Shown here piece by piece: positions 1 to 14,398 of a stretch of 64,000 nucleotides of DNA. Position numbers and translations under genes: made by a program. Origin of the DNA: Trichosphaerium sp. ATCC 40318 (taxonomy: Eukaryota; Protista; Tubulinea). Under the pieces are notes generated by a model that searched no databases, was not told where the DNA came from, and saw only the letters and a program-made list of their open reading frames with translations. Position 1 is the first letter of the stretch. Every line of letters begins with the position of its first letter. The stretch is from positions 62,001 through 126,000 of the forward strand of contig JALMLS010000369.1 of the NCBI GenBank assembly GCA_038496445.1, written 5' to 3'.

Positions 1-397
1 ACGTTGCCGTGTTGACGTCCGTGTTGTAGGTTCTGCTGCTTCTACAAATACGTTAGTTGGGTGTCCCTACGCGCTGCCAATTACCCTGAGCAGTCTCCGC
101 ATCAATTAACTTGTCAAGTAAAAATCTACACTTTGTGAATACACGTTAGAGGTAATGACGTACTTATTCTCTTTTGTGAGGGACTTTATGCGCTTCTTGG
201 CAGAGTGCAACTCCTCAGAGAGGGAATAGGATGTCTAGAGAAATAAACTTGTTATTATTATTTATTGCGTAGACACTGGCAATATGCTCCAGAATAAAAC
301 GCACTTCTAACAGCTCATAGTATTTTCTTTTTAAAATCTTTGCTTCATCAGCTACTGCGTTATCGTTTGTACCAGCAACATCGTTGGTTGTACTCAT
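1..397 (-). CDS. INO80 subunit E/TFPT-like coiled-coil protein, spliced; 3' end probably runs off the window
   Basis: Spliced translation MSTTND...KILKRKYYELLE|TSYSLSEELHSAKKRIKSLTKENK|FLLDKLIDAE resembles the INO80E N-terminal motif (..[24 protein letters not shown]), recalled from memory. Confidence 0.45.
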
Positions 398-468
398 CGA
401 GTTGGCGGCATTAAATGTTTAGTCTCATCATTTCTTAACCAAACACAAACTACTAGAACTGTATTAAC

Positions 469-1097
469 ATGGGTGGTGGACAGAGGTGCGTGGCAAAGAA
501 TATACGGTAAAATGGCTCTATTAACACTATACAAGATACCCTTACCCAGCAAAAGTTTGGAGTCCTCTAGGAGGTAAATAGAATGAATTTACACGATAAT
601 TTAAATTAAAACGATTCGTAGGTTGGTGGCTGGAAGAATACCCTAAAGGGTGGCAACGCTCTGTATTTCGCGTTGGCGTTGTTTCAGTGTTCTTTATTGG
701 TGGTAAGTCCAAATAACTTTGTCATTGTAGCGTTTAATAGAGCAATTAGGAATAACCTACCTCAGTTTGCGTTTGGCGGTACGCAATAGCTAATTTTTAA
801 CTTGGAAAAAAAAAAAAAGAAAACTCACACTCTGTTTAGCACCGTGCGCGCAATGAAAATCTTCACCACAGATACTGGCGTCCGTCAATTTCACAAGCCA
901 TATCACCACACATCAGAGAAGACATTCCAAACTACGATCAATTGATGAAAGAGTACAAAGAACGCCCAAGAGCATCTTTCTGGTCTCGTTTCTTGCCAGG
1001 CGGTGGTACGTTAAATTTACAAGGACGGGCACAAAAGAGAAAACAAACACCTTTTCATTATCGTGAATTGCACTAACGTCGTACAGATGGTCATTAA
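469..1097 (+). CDS. Small single-TM protein, putative mitochondrial complex I NUUM-like accessory subunit
   Basis: Spliced MGGGQR|YPYPAKVWSPLG|GWWLEEYPKGWQRSVFRVGVVSVFFIG matches the fungal MGGG.YP.P..VWSP.GGW family and is followed by a hydrophobic helix. Confidence 0.5.
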
Positions 1098-1415
1098 TTC
1101 AACTGAGGCATTAGAATAACACAAGAAGTATAAAGTCTTTTGCAAGCAAGTTGTAATTTTGCTATTCATTTTTACGTGCTTTCACGCGCACAATCAATAA
1201 ACAAAAAGAAACCGTTGTATTTATTTGCTCATTAATTGGCAAGTCGGAAATCTAAGCAGCAGTTTCGCCAACTTTGGTCAAGTTTTGTAAAATTGCTCTT
1301 AATTGAAAGCGTATTGCTATATAACCATCGCTGGCGTATATTACGTTGAAGCTGCTATAGCACTTGGCAGTGGTACTACAAAGTGCTATAAACAGACTTT
1401 TTGTGTTCGCACACA

Positions 1416-3438
1416 ATGGAGAGCGAGGTAGCGTAATATATCTAATAGCAACGCCAAATTAATGACAATAAGCTTGGATTATTAAATCAACTCGAAAATG
1501 TAAAGCTACTGAAGCCCTCAGTAAAGGAGAACAGGAACAGGCGAATTCTAGATGAAAGTATGCGCTTGGATGCTTTCCTAAACTCCACAAATGCCGCTAG
1601 GGTTCCCAACTCTGTGGTATTGCACCCGCTCCTGAAAAACATCAAGGAAATGCTTCGCGAAAGTGGCATAACGCGAAACGAAGAAAGTGACACTGTAACG
1701 GTCATGCCAACAGCTCACAGCATTCAACAAGAAGGGTTTCACGTCGTTCATAACTTCATATGCTCGGTAGCGGCTGGCAATTTTGATTCAGAGATATTCT
1801 TTGGTTTTTGTGGCCACGTATGTGGTAAAGAACCTATTGCCGCGTTTTTTATAAGAAGCGGCGGTGCGACAACTGTAAATACGCTCTATGAGCAGGATAG
1901 GACGCATGCATATTTTCTACATTTGCTGGCCTCCCTATCAACAACACGTACGCTTATTGCGCTCCAAGCGCTTCTTGCAATTTATTGATGTGTCCTGTAG
2001 CGTCAGGAAGAACATTAATATGGGGCAGTGACGCGTTGCGTAATAGTATCATAAGCGCCTTTGAGCCTTCACGTTCAAGGGCGGCAACCATGGGAGCGAC
2101 TTTCGCGCTGTCACATTTATCTAAGGATTGTATGTCACCTATCATTTTGAGCGTTTCTAACGCTTTTGTCTAGCTGAAAATATTCATCTGCTTATTACTT
2201 CTTTAACGCCGTTGCTTGCAATGTTGCGGCTCGCAGATGATCTCATTGTATATTATGCGCTAATGGCTCTTGTTAATTTGTCCAGTTCTCGTACGCCTCG
2301 GTTTTCTTCTTTGATTTTTTTCAGCTATTCAAATTTCTATGCTCACGCTGTATTAGCGCCATTGAGGGATACCCTCGTATCAAGGGGAGAATTTGATGTT
2401 ATTATATCACTTCTTCAACATCAGGAAGCGCAAATCCAAGAGCGTACAGCTCAATTAGTGGCAAACTTAGCATCTCCTGGTACGTTGTAAATTATTGTAG
2501 CATAGAGAATTGATGTAGAATGTTTAGAGATACCGGAAGAGGTTGTACCACATTTTCTTCAGTGTATGCGTGTTGGCACTATAGAAGAAGGCGTAGCCTG
2601 TGCAGCTATACGAGCTATGGGCAACTTGGCGAGCTATCGTACGTGCTCGTGTTAGGAGCGTCTAGAATAACCTGTTTTTAGCTGTATTCAAGTCAAAGTT
2701 GGCTAAAGCAGGTGCTTTTGATGAATCTTTAAAAGTACTTGAGCACAAGAAGGTGACAGAAAAACTTCAAATTGAAGTTACCACACTTCTGTCTACTATG
2801 TTATATCAAACAACAGACGGTCGTCATATAAAAGCGAATCTAATAAGCGCATTATCTAAGCTGCTGGTGTCACAATCAGTGAAAGTCAGAACAAATACTG
2901 CTTGGGCCTTTACATATCTCGCAGTGAACAGTACGCGCCTACAAGTGTTTTAGTACGCGTATTTTAGTCATCACTAACCGCTATTGTAGCTACTTTTCAG
3001 CATCACTTTGATTCTACAACTATTTCTCGCTTTGTACAGATTATTGGCTCTGGTGAAATTGAAGAACAAATCCCTGCTACTTGGGCCATTGCTACACTAA
3101 CTGATCATAATAGTAACTCAGAGGCTTTAAGGGATAATATGGATAAGCTTATTCATGGTCTCGTGCGTCTGTTGTTCTCAACGCAGCAGAAACTGAGATT
3201 CCCTGTAACTAAAGCTCTGGGTAATTTGTTTAATGGAAAGCATAAGGGTATGAGACTTTGATACTTGTTTAAGACTTTCTAACATCTTTGTAGCTACTAT
3301 TAAGGAATTATGGGTTTCTCTGTCCTCTAAGGTAAGCGATTTTGATTTTCTCCGTGTTTTCTGACTTGAACGTGTAGAATAGTGTTATGATGAAAAGTAC
3401 CGTCAGACATTAACGTCTACACGCGGACCGTATTGTAA
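1416..3438 (+). CDS. Armadillo/HEAT-repeat protein (multi-exon)
   Basis: Repeated ARM-type helices: YYALMALVNLS, QERTAQLVANLA, AAIRAMGNLA, VRTNTAWAFTYLA, PATWAIATLT, PVTKALGNL. Confidence 0.7.
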
Positions 3439-3570
3439 ATTTAAAATAACACGAGGATTTAACAAAATATTGTCTACACGTTTTTTTCACTGACCTGTGA
3501 CTTAACTGATTGTGAGCTGACTTGAGATTTCTCCTTCAAAAAACTTGTACGTAAACTACAATAACCGCAA

Positions 3571-6228
3571 ATGGCAAAGGCAGACGCTATCAAGGTCATT
3601 GGTGTTCTATTTGCCGCAGAGTTGATATTTATACTATTTTACGGGTTGTTTGTTGACTATGATTCCAAAATCATCGACAAAGACGTTGTTGGAGGCGATA
3701 ACTCCACAGCTACTATTGATGAAGCTCAAGAAGACGTTGGAGTGGGAGTAACCTATTCTTTCTTCCAAGATGTTAATGTCATGGTTTTTATTGGTTTTGG
3801 GTTCCTTATGACGTTCTTACGTAAATATGGGTTCAGCGCTGTACGTTTACTGCATTTTGTAACCTCACGTGACATTTTTCGTGTAGTGGTGGTTTTCTCT
3901 TATGAAATTTTTTTTTTGTGTTGTTTTTCGGCCTACTTTTGTTTTTCTGTTTTTTTGGCTGTTTGTTTTTTGACTCTTGTTTAGGTTGGTACGATTTACT
4001 TGTGGTTTTTGAGTTGTTCAAAGTGATGTAGGTTATAATTTCTTGCTTTCTGCTTTTGTTATTCAATGGGCAATACTTGTACTTGGATTTTGGCATCAAG
4101 TAGATAATGGTGAGGCCTGGCATAACATCAAATTAACTATTGAAAGGTAGCGTGTTTTTTAAGAGAAAAAATCTTGCGCTACGTGCCATCACGTTCTCCC
4201 AAATACCGCTGTTCTATTGATTGTTATGCTAATTTGTTTGTAGCCTTATAACAGCGGACTTTGCAGGTGCATTTTGAGCCTTTTCATTGTTTATTAACTT
4301 AAAAACAGCTGCCGCTGTTCTAATATCATATGGCGCCGTATTGGGCAAATTTAGTCCGTTAACGCTTCTCTACATGGCATTTTTCGAAATAATTTTTTTT
4401 GGTATGAACGAATGGATAGCTGTAACCCAATTTAAAGTCGTAAGTCTTTTTTAGAAATATCTTGTACATGTAAAAGTTTTGTAGAGTGACTTTTTTTCGA
4501 AAATTAATTGTTTTTTTTGTAGGTTGATGTTGGTACGTTAAAATAGCGTCTTGTCGCATTCTGAACGTATTTATTAATGATATAGGTGGTTCTATGGTTG
4601 TACATGCATTTGGCGCTTTCTTTGGTTTGGGAGTGTCTGCTACTGCTGGAAAGAAATCTACTACGAGTCATAAGTTAAATTCTTCAGTTTACCACTCTGA
4701 TCTATTCGCTATGATCGGTACGATTGGCAAAATTCTCCGCTTTTTGTTTTCGTAATTACCGCTTTGTTTTTTACCTTTTTAAAATCACGTGATTTATGTA
4801 TAAGCACCCCACAACCCGAAGAAATAAAAAGTGAGTATTGATTTTCGGTTTTTTTTAGGTACCATTTTTCTTTGGATGTTTTGGCCTTCCTTCAACGGTG
4901 CACTTGCTTCAGGCGCAGGACAGCACAGGTATCACGCGATATTATGTTCTCAGAAAATTCACACAGACTTCTAGAGTTGTAATAAACACCACTTTGGCGC
5001 TTACGGGTAGTGTTATGACTGTACGTTAACTTATAGCTTGCAAGAAGTTTTGTAGTTTTATTAAAAATCTAATATTAAAACCAGGCTTTCATGACGAGTA
5101 TATTACTACGTGGCGGTCGTTTTGATATGGTAGACATACAGAACGCGACTTTGGTATGTATTTCCCCTCAACTCCAAAAAACGCGACATTTTGTTTTCGT
5201 ATCAAGTCAACTTTTTTTGTAAGTCTCCTCTCATGGTTTTTGTAGGCTGGTGGCGTTGCGGTACATTTATGAGTTTTAATAGCAACGTTGTAACGTTTTT
5301 ATAGATTGGTACGAGCGCAGATTTGCTTGTTCAGCCTTTCGCTGCTATAATCATTGGTGCATTTGCTGGTATTGTAAGTGTAGCTGGTTATGTCTATTTG
5401 ACACCTTTCCTTGAAAGTACGGTCCCTCAAAAACCCCAACCCCATTAACCCTTTTTTCAGAACTTGGATTACAGGACACAGCTGGGGTTCTAAATCTGCA
5501 TGGCGTTCCAGGTATTATTGGAGGTCTCAGCGGGGCTATTGCATCCTCAGTAGCTTCTGAAGATGACTATGGACCAAAACAGTACGGGCGTTTCTCTGTC
5601 ATCCAAATTTACTTAACTCTTCCCAGGCTTGTATCTATTTGGGCCGCTAGAGCGCCTGAGAATGAAACACTGGCGTTAGCATTAGGTGTAGATCCCGGAG
5701 ACGGTAGAAGTGCGTCTATTCAAGCGGGATTCCAAGTTGCCGCGTTGCTTGTAACTATTGGTATCGCGTTTGTTTCGGGTACTGCTAAATCAGTTGGTAC
5801 TATCACGTCTAACTCATCCATAGGAGGCCTAACAGGCTCCTTGGTATTCTTTGGTGGTAGAGGTGTCTGGGGTAACCCTGAAGGCAAAGTTGCGTTTCAA
5901 GAAGACGAGTTTTGGGAAGTACCAGACGACTATAACAATTATAGCGTTCTTACAGACAATCAACATATTCGTCGTATGGATACATCTGCGACACTTGTGC
6001 GTTTGACCATAGGAAACTTTTTGTTCTTACATGATGATTTAGGAGATGCAGACAGTTTCTGTTTTGAACACAACGAGAAACAACGTCAATCAAAATCAAA
6101 AGGTACAAAAACGAAAAGAATTTTTTTTTGTTTTGATTTTTTGGTTTCTTTGTTCAAATTTTTGTTTTAAGGAGAGTAAGAGTTCTAAGAGCCACACATC
6201 CGACAGTGATAGCGATAGTAGCGTCTAA
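3571..6228 (+). CDS. Rh-type ammonium transporter (Rh glycoprotein)
   Basis: [52 protein letters not shown]|[18 protein letters not shown]|[18 protein letters not shown] and [10 protein letters not shown] are all Rh-family motifs. Confidence 0.93.
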
Positions 6229-7173
6229 ATAATTAGTTTGGTTGTCTGTTTTTTTATGAATTCCATACTGTCTCCTCTCTTCACTACGCTTCCCTTTTTA
6301 TAGATTCTATTGTACCTGTGTAAATAAAGGGGTTGTGCTTATTTTACTTTTTTGGGGTGTTCAAATGTAAAACAAAGCTATGATACAGTTATTTTTCGCG
6401 TAGCCTTCCTTTTTCTAAGTGCTGTAAGTTGTTTCAGATGTTTTGTTGGGAAAATTTTTGTAAAATCTCGTAAGTTTTTAGACACAGCCGGAGCATTATA
6501 TTCCGCGGAGCTCTATCTTTTTGTACATAGTTTACTGTATCTCTACAGCGCCTTCTTCATTACCGGTACGATCACGTGATTCAAAAAACTTTCAAAAACA
6601 TTTTTTTTTTTTTTTTACCTCTTATCCGAGCAAGATATTTTTGTACGTTGTTTTGTATGTTTGTGTATCCCGGAGCTGTTGTACTTCTATCAAAAAAAGA
6701 AAGATTACCTTTTACTTCATAGATGTATGTTAGTTTTACAAGCATCCCGGGTAAACAAACATTCCTAGGCGATGTAACTAGACACTACGACTATGTGAGT
6801 CGCAAACGAGTGCTATATTTTTCTTTAAAAAAGGAATAGTATGTGCATTGACAGGAGTATGAGTGTCACACGGACGTTCTCCGGATACTATCACCAGCGA
6901 TTAAATTCACTAATAGGCGCTGTAACCGGATCTTGCGAGTTATATTTGTGCACTTACTAACTTAGTAAAAAAGGTGGTGCTTCAAAGTCTATTTCTACAA
7001 ATGTATTGGTACATCTACTACCGACAAATTGATTGTACGTAGTGTGACAATAATAGGAACTTGTGTATTTATGTACACGCGCAAATATCGCGCCATCCCC
7101 GGGTATCTACGCTGTAGATTATCTCTTGTCACAAACATCACGTACTCCACAACAGCTGAGCGTGGAAGCCAAA

Positions 7174-9630
7174 ATGATTACTTCTCTGGCAGTAAGTAAA
7201 CTGAACTCTACTTTGTTTAACTGTTGATAGAGAACAACTATATTCTTTGGTATCATACTGATCGTTACATGTTCTCCCGACTTCCAACAGCTATCGGAAG
7301 TCATCGAGGGACATGTATGGTTACCTAATTCTCCACAATACCAGCGTTTTGTGTAAGTCATTTAAATGTTGACTAGTGTTCTAATTAGCTTCTACAGGAA
7401 CACTGTCTTTACTCTACCAACTGATTATACACCTCCTATGGCTGTAGTACAACCTCTAAACGCCCATGATGTGTCACATGCGGTCCGATTCGCAAAGGCC
7501 AATAGTATACAAGTCACCGGTAAAGGAGGTACACAATACATTCGAACAATTTTACAGAATTAATAAGTTGAGTATAGGTGGGCATCATACTGATGGATTC
7601 AACATGCCTGAAAGAGGATTTCAGCTAAATTTTGAACTCATGAAAGGTATAACAGTAGATGCGGACAACATGTTAGCAACTGCTGAACCAGGTAAGCTAG
7701 GAATGGCAACGTAACTTTTTTTTTACTAAATACAATGTTAGGTCTTCTTACATATGAAGTCGTTGAGGCTCTTGAACCTTATAATCTTGGCCATGCTGTT
7801 GGAAATTGCCCAGTTATTGGTATACCAGGTTTTATTGCCTATGGAGGGTGGGGCTTATGGTCGAGAAATAAAGGTATGCTTCGGGCAGGCGTTCAATCCT
7901 AGCGCTGGTTAATTAATGTTTAGGCCTTGCCATTGACAATGTTGTCGAGTATGAAGTGGTCACTTCAGACGGAGAAATACGGACAGTAAATGAACATTGT
8001 TATCCTGATTTATTCTTCGCTCTACGAGGAGCTGCTCCTAGTTATGTTATGGTCACTAAGTTTACTTTTAAAGTGTTCGATACAACAGACTTTTACGGAG
8101 GTCATTGGACTTTTTCTGGCTCACTTGAGGGATTAAAGGATTGGTGGCATCGGGTTGATAACTCCATTCTTTCTGATGATCCAAACTTTAACTCTCGTAT
8201 TACCTTGACTAGAAGTCCAATTAATTTCGCCAACCCCTTTGTTCAGTCTGTAGAATTTATCTGTACGCTCTAGATTTCGCTATTTTTAGACTTTTTTTAT
8301 AGCTAACTTTTCTTCAAGTTGAGTTGGTACTATTTGGTGATATGTCACGTGCTGATAAAGATGCCTTGATATTGAGCGAACTTGGATTTGATGTAAACAA
8401 CCCAACTAACCCAGGATTTATTGGTGAAGTGAAGCGAGCTTCTTGGAATGAAAATTATACGTATTATAATAATTTCAATCTCGAAGGCTTAAGGGCTGGT
8501 CTCATACCAGGAACGCGTCAGTGGATGAGACAAGGGTTTGTTGAAACTCTTACTGACGACGTTATGGAGCAATACTGGAAAGGATTTGATAGCAGTACGT
8601 AACAAGAGCAGAGCTTCAGATCAATTCAATCATTGTATTCTCATTTTTTTCTTAAAGGTACACCAGTTGGTGACAGGATGTCGTTATTCCTCACTGGAGA
8701 GTTTTCAATAGCTGGTGGCAGATTTTCAGAAATAGATCAAGGTGAAACTGCATACTTCTCAAGACCTAAAGCTAAATGGCTTTGGGGTTTTTGGGTAGCA
8801 TCAGTTCCAATACCCGGTCTTCCAACACAAGAAGAGTTATGCACTTACTTTGATGGTATTGCCAACAAGCTTTACTACGAAGACGCTCAACAGCGTGGAG
8901 TATATGCTAACCTAAACTCTATCGTACAAGGTACATACAATCAAACTTTGAGATAAAAGTTCTGAACTCTCAATACAATACTAATGAATTTGGGTTAGCT
9001 TCTGAGTTTGATGCCTACGGAACAAACCTTGTTCGCTTGGAGAAAGTAAAGAGCGTTTATGATCCTAGTAACCTCTTTTCGCGAGGCTTCGATATATCCA
9101 CACGTCCTGGAGGGCGTTGTCTTAATTTTGTTAATGGTAGATTTATTAGACCTGAGAGAGCTGTTATTCAAATCTACGATAATATATACAGCAATGATAA
9201 GATTGTTTTTCAGTTCAAGTTCAATCAAGACTATGACCCGGGTGATATGACACGTGACTCTCACTTCTCTTTCGCTATATATGACGGTAATTATAACCTA
9301 AAATATTCGCGTGTCTACGAAGCATGGGAAGAACCAAGAGCTGTTTTGGCGAGAAACTATGGATGGAAAAAAACAAGAATCGATGGCGAGCACCAACATA
9401 AGATTTTATTGCCTTTTGAAAGCCGTCAGACTATACAGTACATTAGAAGTGGTAATAACAATAGAAACTTCTTGGGTGAATCAAATACATTCCCAATAGT
9501 CAAAAACTCAGAGACCAATGTACGTTTGATTGTAAGGTTAGAATTTGGTAATGAGAATTGTATTCATATTGAGTTTACTGATGATATGGTAAATCTTGAC
9601 TTTCCTGGTAAGTTAAGGGCTCAGTACTAA
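7174..9630 (+). CDS. Probably secreted FAD-linked oxidoreductase (VAO/BBE family) with an extra C-terminal domain
   Basis: Hydrophobic N-terminus; AVVQPLNAHDVSHAVRFA; KGG|GHH (FAD His); GNCPVIGIPGF..GGWG; DLFFALRGA; BBE tail YGTNLVRLEKVKSVYDPSNLF. Confidence 0.85.
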
Positions 9631-9842
9631 CCCCATGTATGGGTACTGAAAAGTGGAAAGAACCACAACAAATTCCTTTTGGGTAATGTATATAGAAATT
9701 AATAAAAAGATACTAAACATTTACATGGGAACACTTATCTTAGCCAGACCATTGAGAGTATACTTTTGACAGTATCTGCTTCTAGTTTTTAACTCGCTAC
9801 AGTAGGTTGTGGCAACCTAAACGATGAATCGTCTAAGGCTGT

Positions 9843-9923
9843 TCAAGTACGAATATTGGACCAATCAGGTGGATGAGTCCTGAATCAATGAGAAAATTAT
9901 ACGAACCTAAAAGTGATGTAAGT
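9843..9923 (+). pseudogene. Isolated kinase exon remnant (subdomain VIII) of the adjacent receptor-kinase family
   Basis: Translates STNIGPIRWMSPESMRKLYEPKSD followed by a gtaagt donor. Nearly identical to ~14012-14090, with no other kinase exons next to it. Confidence 0.7.
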
Positions 9924-10175
9924 AGGCAAATATTGATCAATTTCTTGTAGTTTGCTGTTGTATTAATTGGTAATTGCCGTAAGAATATATTTATTTCTTT
10001 ATTCTATCACATGAGTGTGAGGGTACGAAGTAGGATTTAGTTGGAAACTGTTTATTATGCACTTAGGATTTACACTTAAGGCATGTAGTGAGCATATTTT
10101 TTACGTGAATTGCTCGTTGTCGTTCAACACATTTCTTTCGTGATAAAACGTGCACATTATGTTTAAGTTAAACAA

Positions 10176-13100
10176 ATGGCGTCTTTCTTCATAAATACTG
10201 CTTATATGCATGATCTACGCTTATCTGTCCTCGTATTCCTGCTTGGTACTGTTTACGTGGTAAATGCTGCTACAAGTACTAAAGTTTACGCTGGAAAAGC
10301 AGCAATGTACAGTAATTCGGATATAATCGTATGTATTTTAGTGTAAACACGTGTTTTGTAACGTTATTTCTAATTATATTTGTTTTAAGCCTAAACAATA
10401 TGGCGAATTCGGCTTCGAGTATCATCTGAACAGCACTATTGGTATAGTACAGCTAACCATGTACTTTAAAATATCAGATGACTACATCATTGAACAGTAC
10501 GACCACGAAACTGTACGTTGTACCCAATCAAATAAATTGGCGCAAAAAACCCCCACATACAGCTCGCTTGCGAACGCTTTTATCGCAACTCAACTTACGT
10601 TGAAAACCGACATCTCAAATCACATTAGAACACTTTGACGCAATTTAAAACATGCGATAGTAGCTGTATAAAGCGTATAAAATCAACAACATTAGACTTG
10701 GGATTCAACGAACCGTTTTTAAAGTTGTGGGAGCCAGGACAAGTAGAAACTCCAAATGTCACAATTACACATCGCTCCGATACAAATTCTACAGCATTTT
10801 ATCGCAGAAGAACTTACATCACTTTAAACACGTAAATTCAGTGAGCCACATGCAATGTGCTTAGTTGGATATAGGACTCGGTACTCTAGAGAACCTTATG
10901 AAGGGGCTTCTGGTACTTTTTTAGATGTTAGACATTTGTATTTCGACGGAGAGGATCTTGTAAGGTACATCCTTGCAGTTCTAAACACATCTTGTACTTC
11001 TCCTACTAATGTTTGTTATCAAGGATTGAACTTTACAACGATACATTGATCGATTTGGGCGAGAATGACAGTGATTTGTATGCCTTGCCTAATGATACTT
11101 TACTTGCGAATTGCAATGATTCATTTTGTGTTGATACAACAGATCTAATGTTTGGTAAGAGCCACTTACTTTTACTAATTCAACTAACGCTATGTTGTAG
11201 TTGTTGATGCTTCTCAAAATGTATTGAACTCGACAACATGCGATGTTGGAGGTACGTTATATTTATTCAAGAGTAAATGTTAAATTAGTTAAGCTTCAAT
11301 GTGCGTTTCAAATGATCTTGGTTTTGGTCATTTCAACAGATCATCATTTGACGAGTGCTGTGAGAACTTGAATTGGGACTCCTACTTCCAATTCATCATT
11401 GATGTGATCGCACCACTCAAACTTGGAGAGTTTGGATATCGTACTGGTATTGTGTTGTATCGAGATACAGCTCAAGTTGTACTACCATTGGGAAGTCATG
11501 ACAAATCATACTTTCTTCAACAACTTGAAATCATTCGTACTCTCAATACCATGGGTGGATGTCATGATGTCACAACAGGTATGTATTGTTTTCGTGTAGA
11601 AAATACTTTCAATTCCTTACAGTTATAATCAAGGACTTTCTGTTGCACGTGATCATTTCGATATATTTGGAAGAAAAGGACGAAACAACAAGATGATAAT
11701 TGTCAATCAACATCATGGTCCCAAATGTGGTGTATTCGATCCAAATAGTGATATTGGAACTCTACTTGAATCCGAGGTATTATTGACACTCAAGTATTCT
11801 CAAGAAACTTCAACTTAAAATAATGTCATTAACAATCTTCTCACAAGGGATTTACAATTCATTCAATCGAAATCGGATCACCAACATCTCAGTCTGAACT
11901 ATTGCCACTCCCAAATCGCATCAACATTACTTCTTCTCGGGTATTGTCCTCAACTGTCTTACCAATGATATCAAATGCAATCTGTCCACGTGCGTCCTAT
12001 TCCACAAAATATAAGATCGCTGATTCGACATTTAGAGACAAGAAGCTTTTGTGGACCAAGATGCAAAGCAAGATGTACTTGTGAACAAGAATGTACTTGT
12101 GATAATACAGACTGCGATGATAGAAACATATGCACATTCGAAGTATGCAAAAGTCCAGATGAAGGATGTCAATACTCTCCAAATCCAATCTTCCCGAACA
12201 ATGAGCCTATGGATATCCATTGTACTGTTTTTCACTTTGTACATTCTTTTCTTGTAGTTAATTTTGACTCCCTCTCGTTTCCTATTAGGTAAACACCCAA
12301 GCTTGTGTGATAATAGTGAAGCTACTCTGGGAGTTGCACAATTAGCAACACGGAGACGTACCTAATAGTTTTTGTTTTTGTTTTCCTATTTGCATCTTAC
12401 AATTATTAGCACCATTTCAAATTTATTATATGAATAACGACGATGAGTGTAAAATAATTATCAATGAAACACAATGTGATCCTCCTTGCACATCAACAGA
12501 CATATGTAACTATTCATACTGTGATATAACAACTGGGACGTGTGTTGTTGAAAAGAGAGTACCTGGTTCAATAGCATTTGGTTGTTCACGGCGAGCTTCC
12601 ACCTTTTTACAATACTGCGATTCCAATACTTTTAATTCAGACCAGTTAAATGGTTGTAAATCTGTTGAGCTATCAGACGTACGTCATTTTTAGATATTGT
12701 TATCCTCTATGAACAAATAATTTTAGATTTGCTCATCACAGATGCCGTCATGTATGACATACGATCCAAGTGTAACAAGCTGGCATTTGGGTACTTTTGA
12801 AATTCCAGAAGCACCAAACCAAACATTCTACAATCCAGAATGTCTCTATGAGCCTGATCCATTATGTTTTGATCATATTGTACCTATTGTACCAACGACA
12901 ATTCCCCCAACAACACTCCCACCAACAACCATTCCTCCAACAACAATTACACCAACAACAGTTGCTCCAACTCTTCAAAATACAACCAGTATCATCACTC
13001 CTCAAGACTCTACTAGTATGTCACTTTTCTTTATTTTCATTCTTACATTCCACTTGTAGGTACTGTCATTGCAGTTGTGGTTGTCCTTGCTCTGATATTC

Positions 13101-14398
13101 ATTGTGTTGATCTTGATTGCTCTTTGGTATTTGTTATGTCGAAAAAAAGAGAAAAAACAAGATGATGTTGTGACACTTGATGTTATTAACACATCAGAAT
13201 CTGCGTTTAGAAACTACTCACAACTTCCAAAAGATGGATTTTTTGGGAGTAGCTTACCAGAGGGTATGTTAAGTAGAAGTGACTTGGTTTTTGGGGAGAA
13301 ACTAGGTATGCGATTTACTGTTGGCTGTTTTAGGACATTAAAGTGTTTTTTTAACACGTGGTTCCAAGGTGAGGGAAGTTTCGGATCTGTGATTCATGCG
13401 ACATACAATGGAAACGATGTTGCAGTGAAAATATCAAGTCTTGGTGCTGAAGAGAATCAAAACTTTCTCAGAGAGGTACTTAATAACACTTGCTTGTTTA
13501 CATTGCTTTCTGCTATTGAATATAATCGTGTATTGAAGGTTGAAGTAAACCTGAGTCTTGGACCTCATCCCAATATTGTTGGCACTGTTGGACTCTGTAT
13601 ATCTGATGGTCAACCAATGTTGGTATTGGAGTTTATGGCTAACGGCTCGTTGGATGACCTGTATAAGTCAAAAAGTGATGACTTTACATTTGAAGAGATC
13701 AAGAAGTTTCTGAGTTCAATCGCATCAGGGATGTCATTTCTTCATAAAAATAAAATCATTCATCGGTATGTTTGAACATCTAAAATTACTTCATAATAAC
13801 ACCGTTTAGAGATCTTGCATGTAGAAATGTGTTGGTACTTTATACAACAAAGTTCAGGGTGTTGATACTAACAGTATCGATAGATATCAGATGATAAAGT
13901 TGTAAAAATAAGTGATTTTGGAATGTCAAGGTATGTTTGCATTTAACAACCATACAGTGGGTTATTAATAACAACCAGAAAATCTGTGCTTTCAGGAAAA
14001 GCTCAAATGACAAGTACGAATATTGGACCAATCAGATGGATGAGTCCTGAATCAATGAGAAAGTTATATGAATTCAACAGCGATGTAAGTCATTACACCT
14101 TCATACATTTTCTCTTATTACATTTCACAAGGTATGGTCATTTGGAATGGTTATTTGGGAAATAATTTATCAAACAACTCCATTTGGTAAAGTACCAGAC
14201 TTGTTTGATCTTGCAGTACGGATAAGAGATGAAGGACAAACACCTGAACTTGATGATCGTGCTCATCCTCAATGGCAAATAATCATGAAAGAATGTTGGG
14301 CGTTTTCTCCTTCTGATCGGCCTTCTTTTAAAGCTTTAGAAACAATCATAAATGAATCAACTGAAAATGAAACTGTAACAAGAAGCGCAACGCTGTAA
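10176..14398 (+). CDS. Receptor tyrosine kinase, copy 1 (signal peptide, vWA domain, Cys-rich repeats, PTT stalk, TM, kinase)
   Basis: vWA-like DLMF|VVDASQN...RTGIVLY; CDDRNICTFEVC repeat; PTT repeats; TM VVVLALIFIVLILIALWYLL; GEGSFG, VAVK, HR|DLACRNVL, KISDFGMS, GPIRWMSPES, DVWSFG. Confidence 0.9.
12892..12970 (+). repeat. Coding tandem repeat (Pro-Thr-Thr mucin-like stalk, ~15-nt unit)
   Basis: PTTIP PTTLP PTTIP PTTIT PTTVA. An equivalent tract lies at ~17771-17895 in copy 2. Confidence 0.85.
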
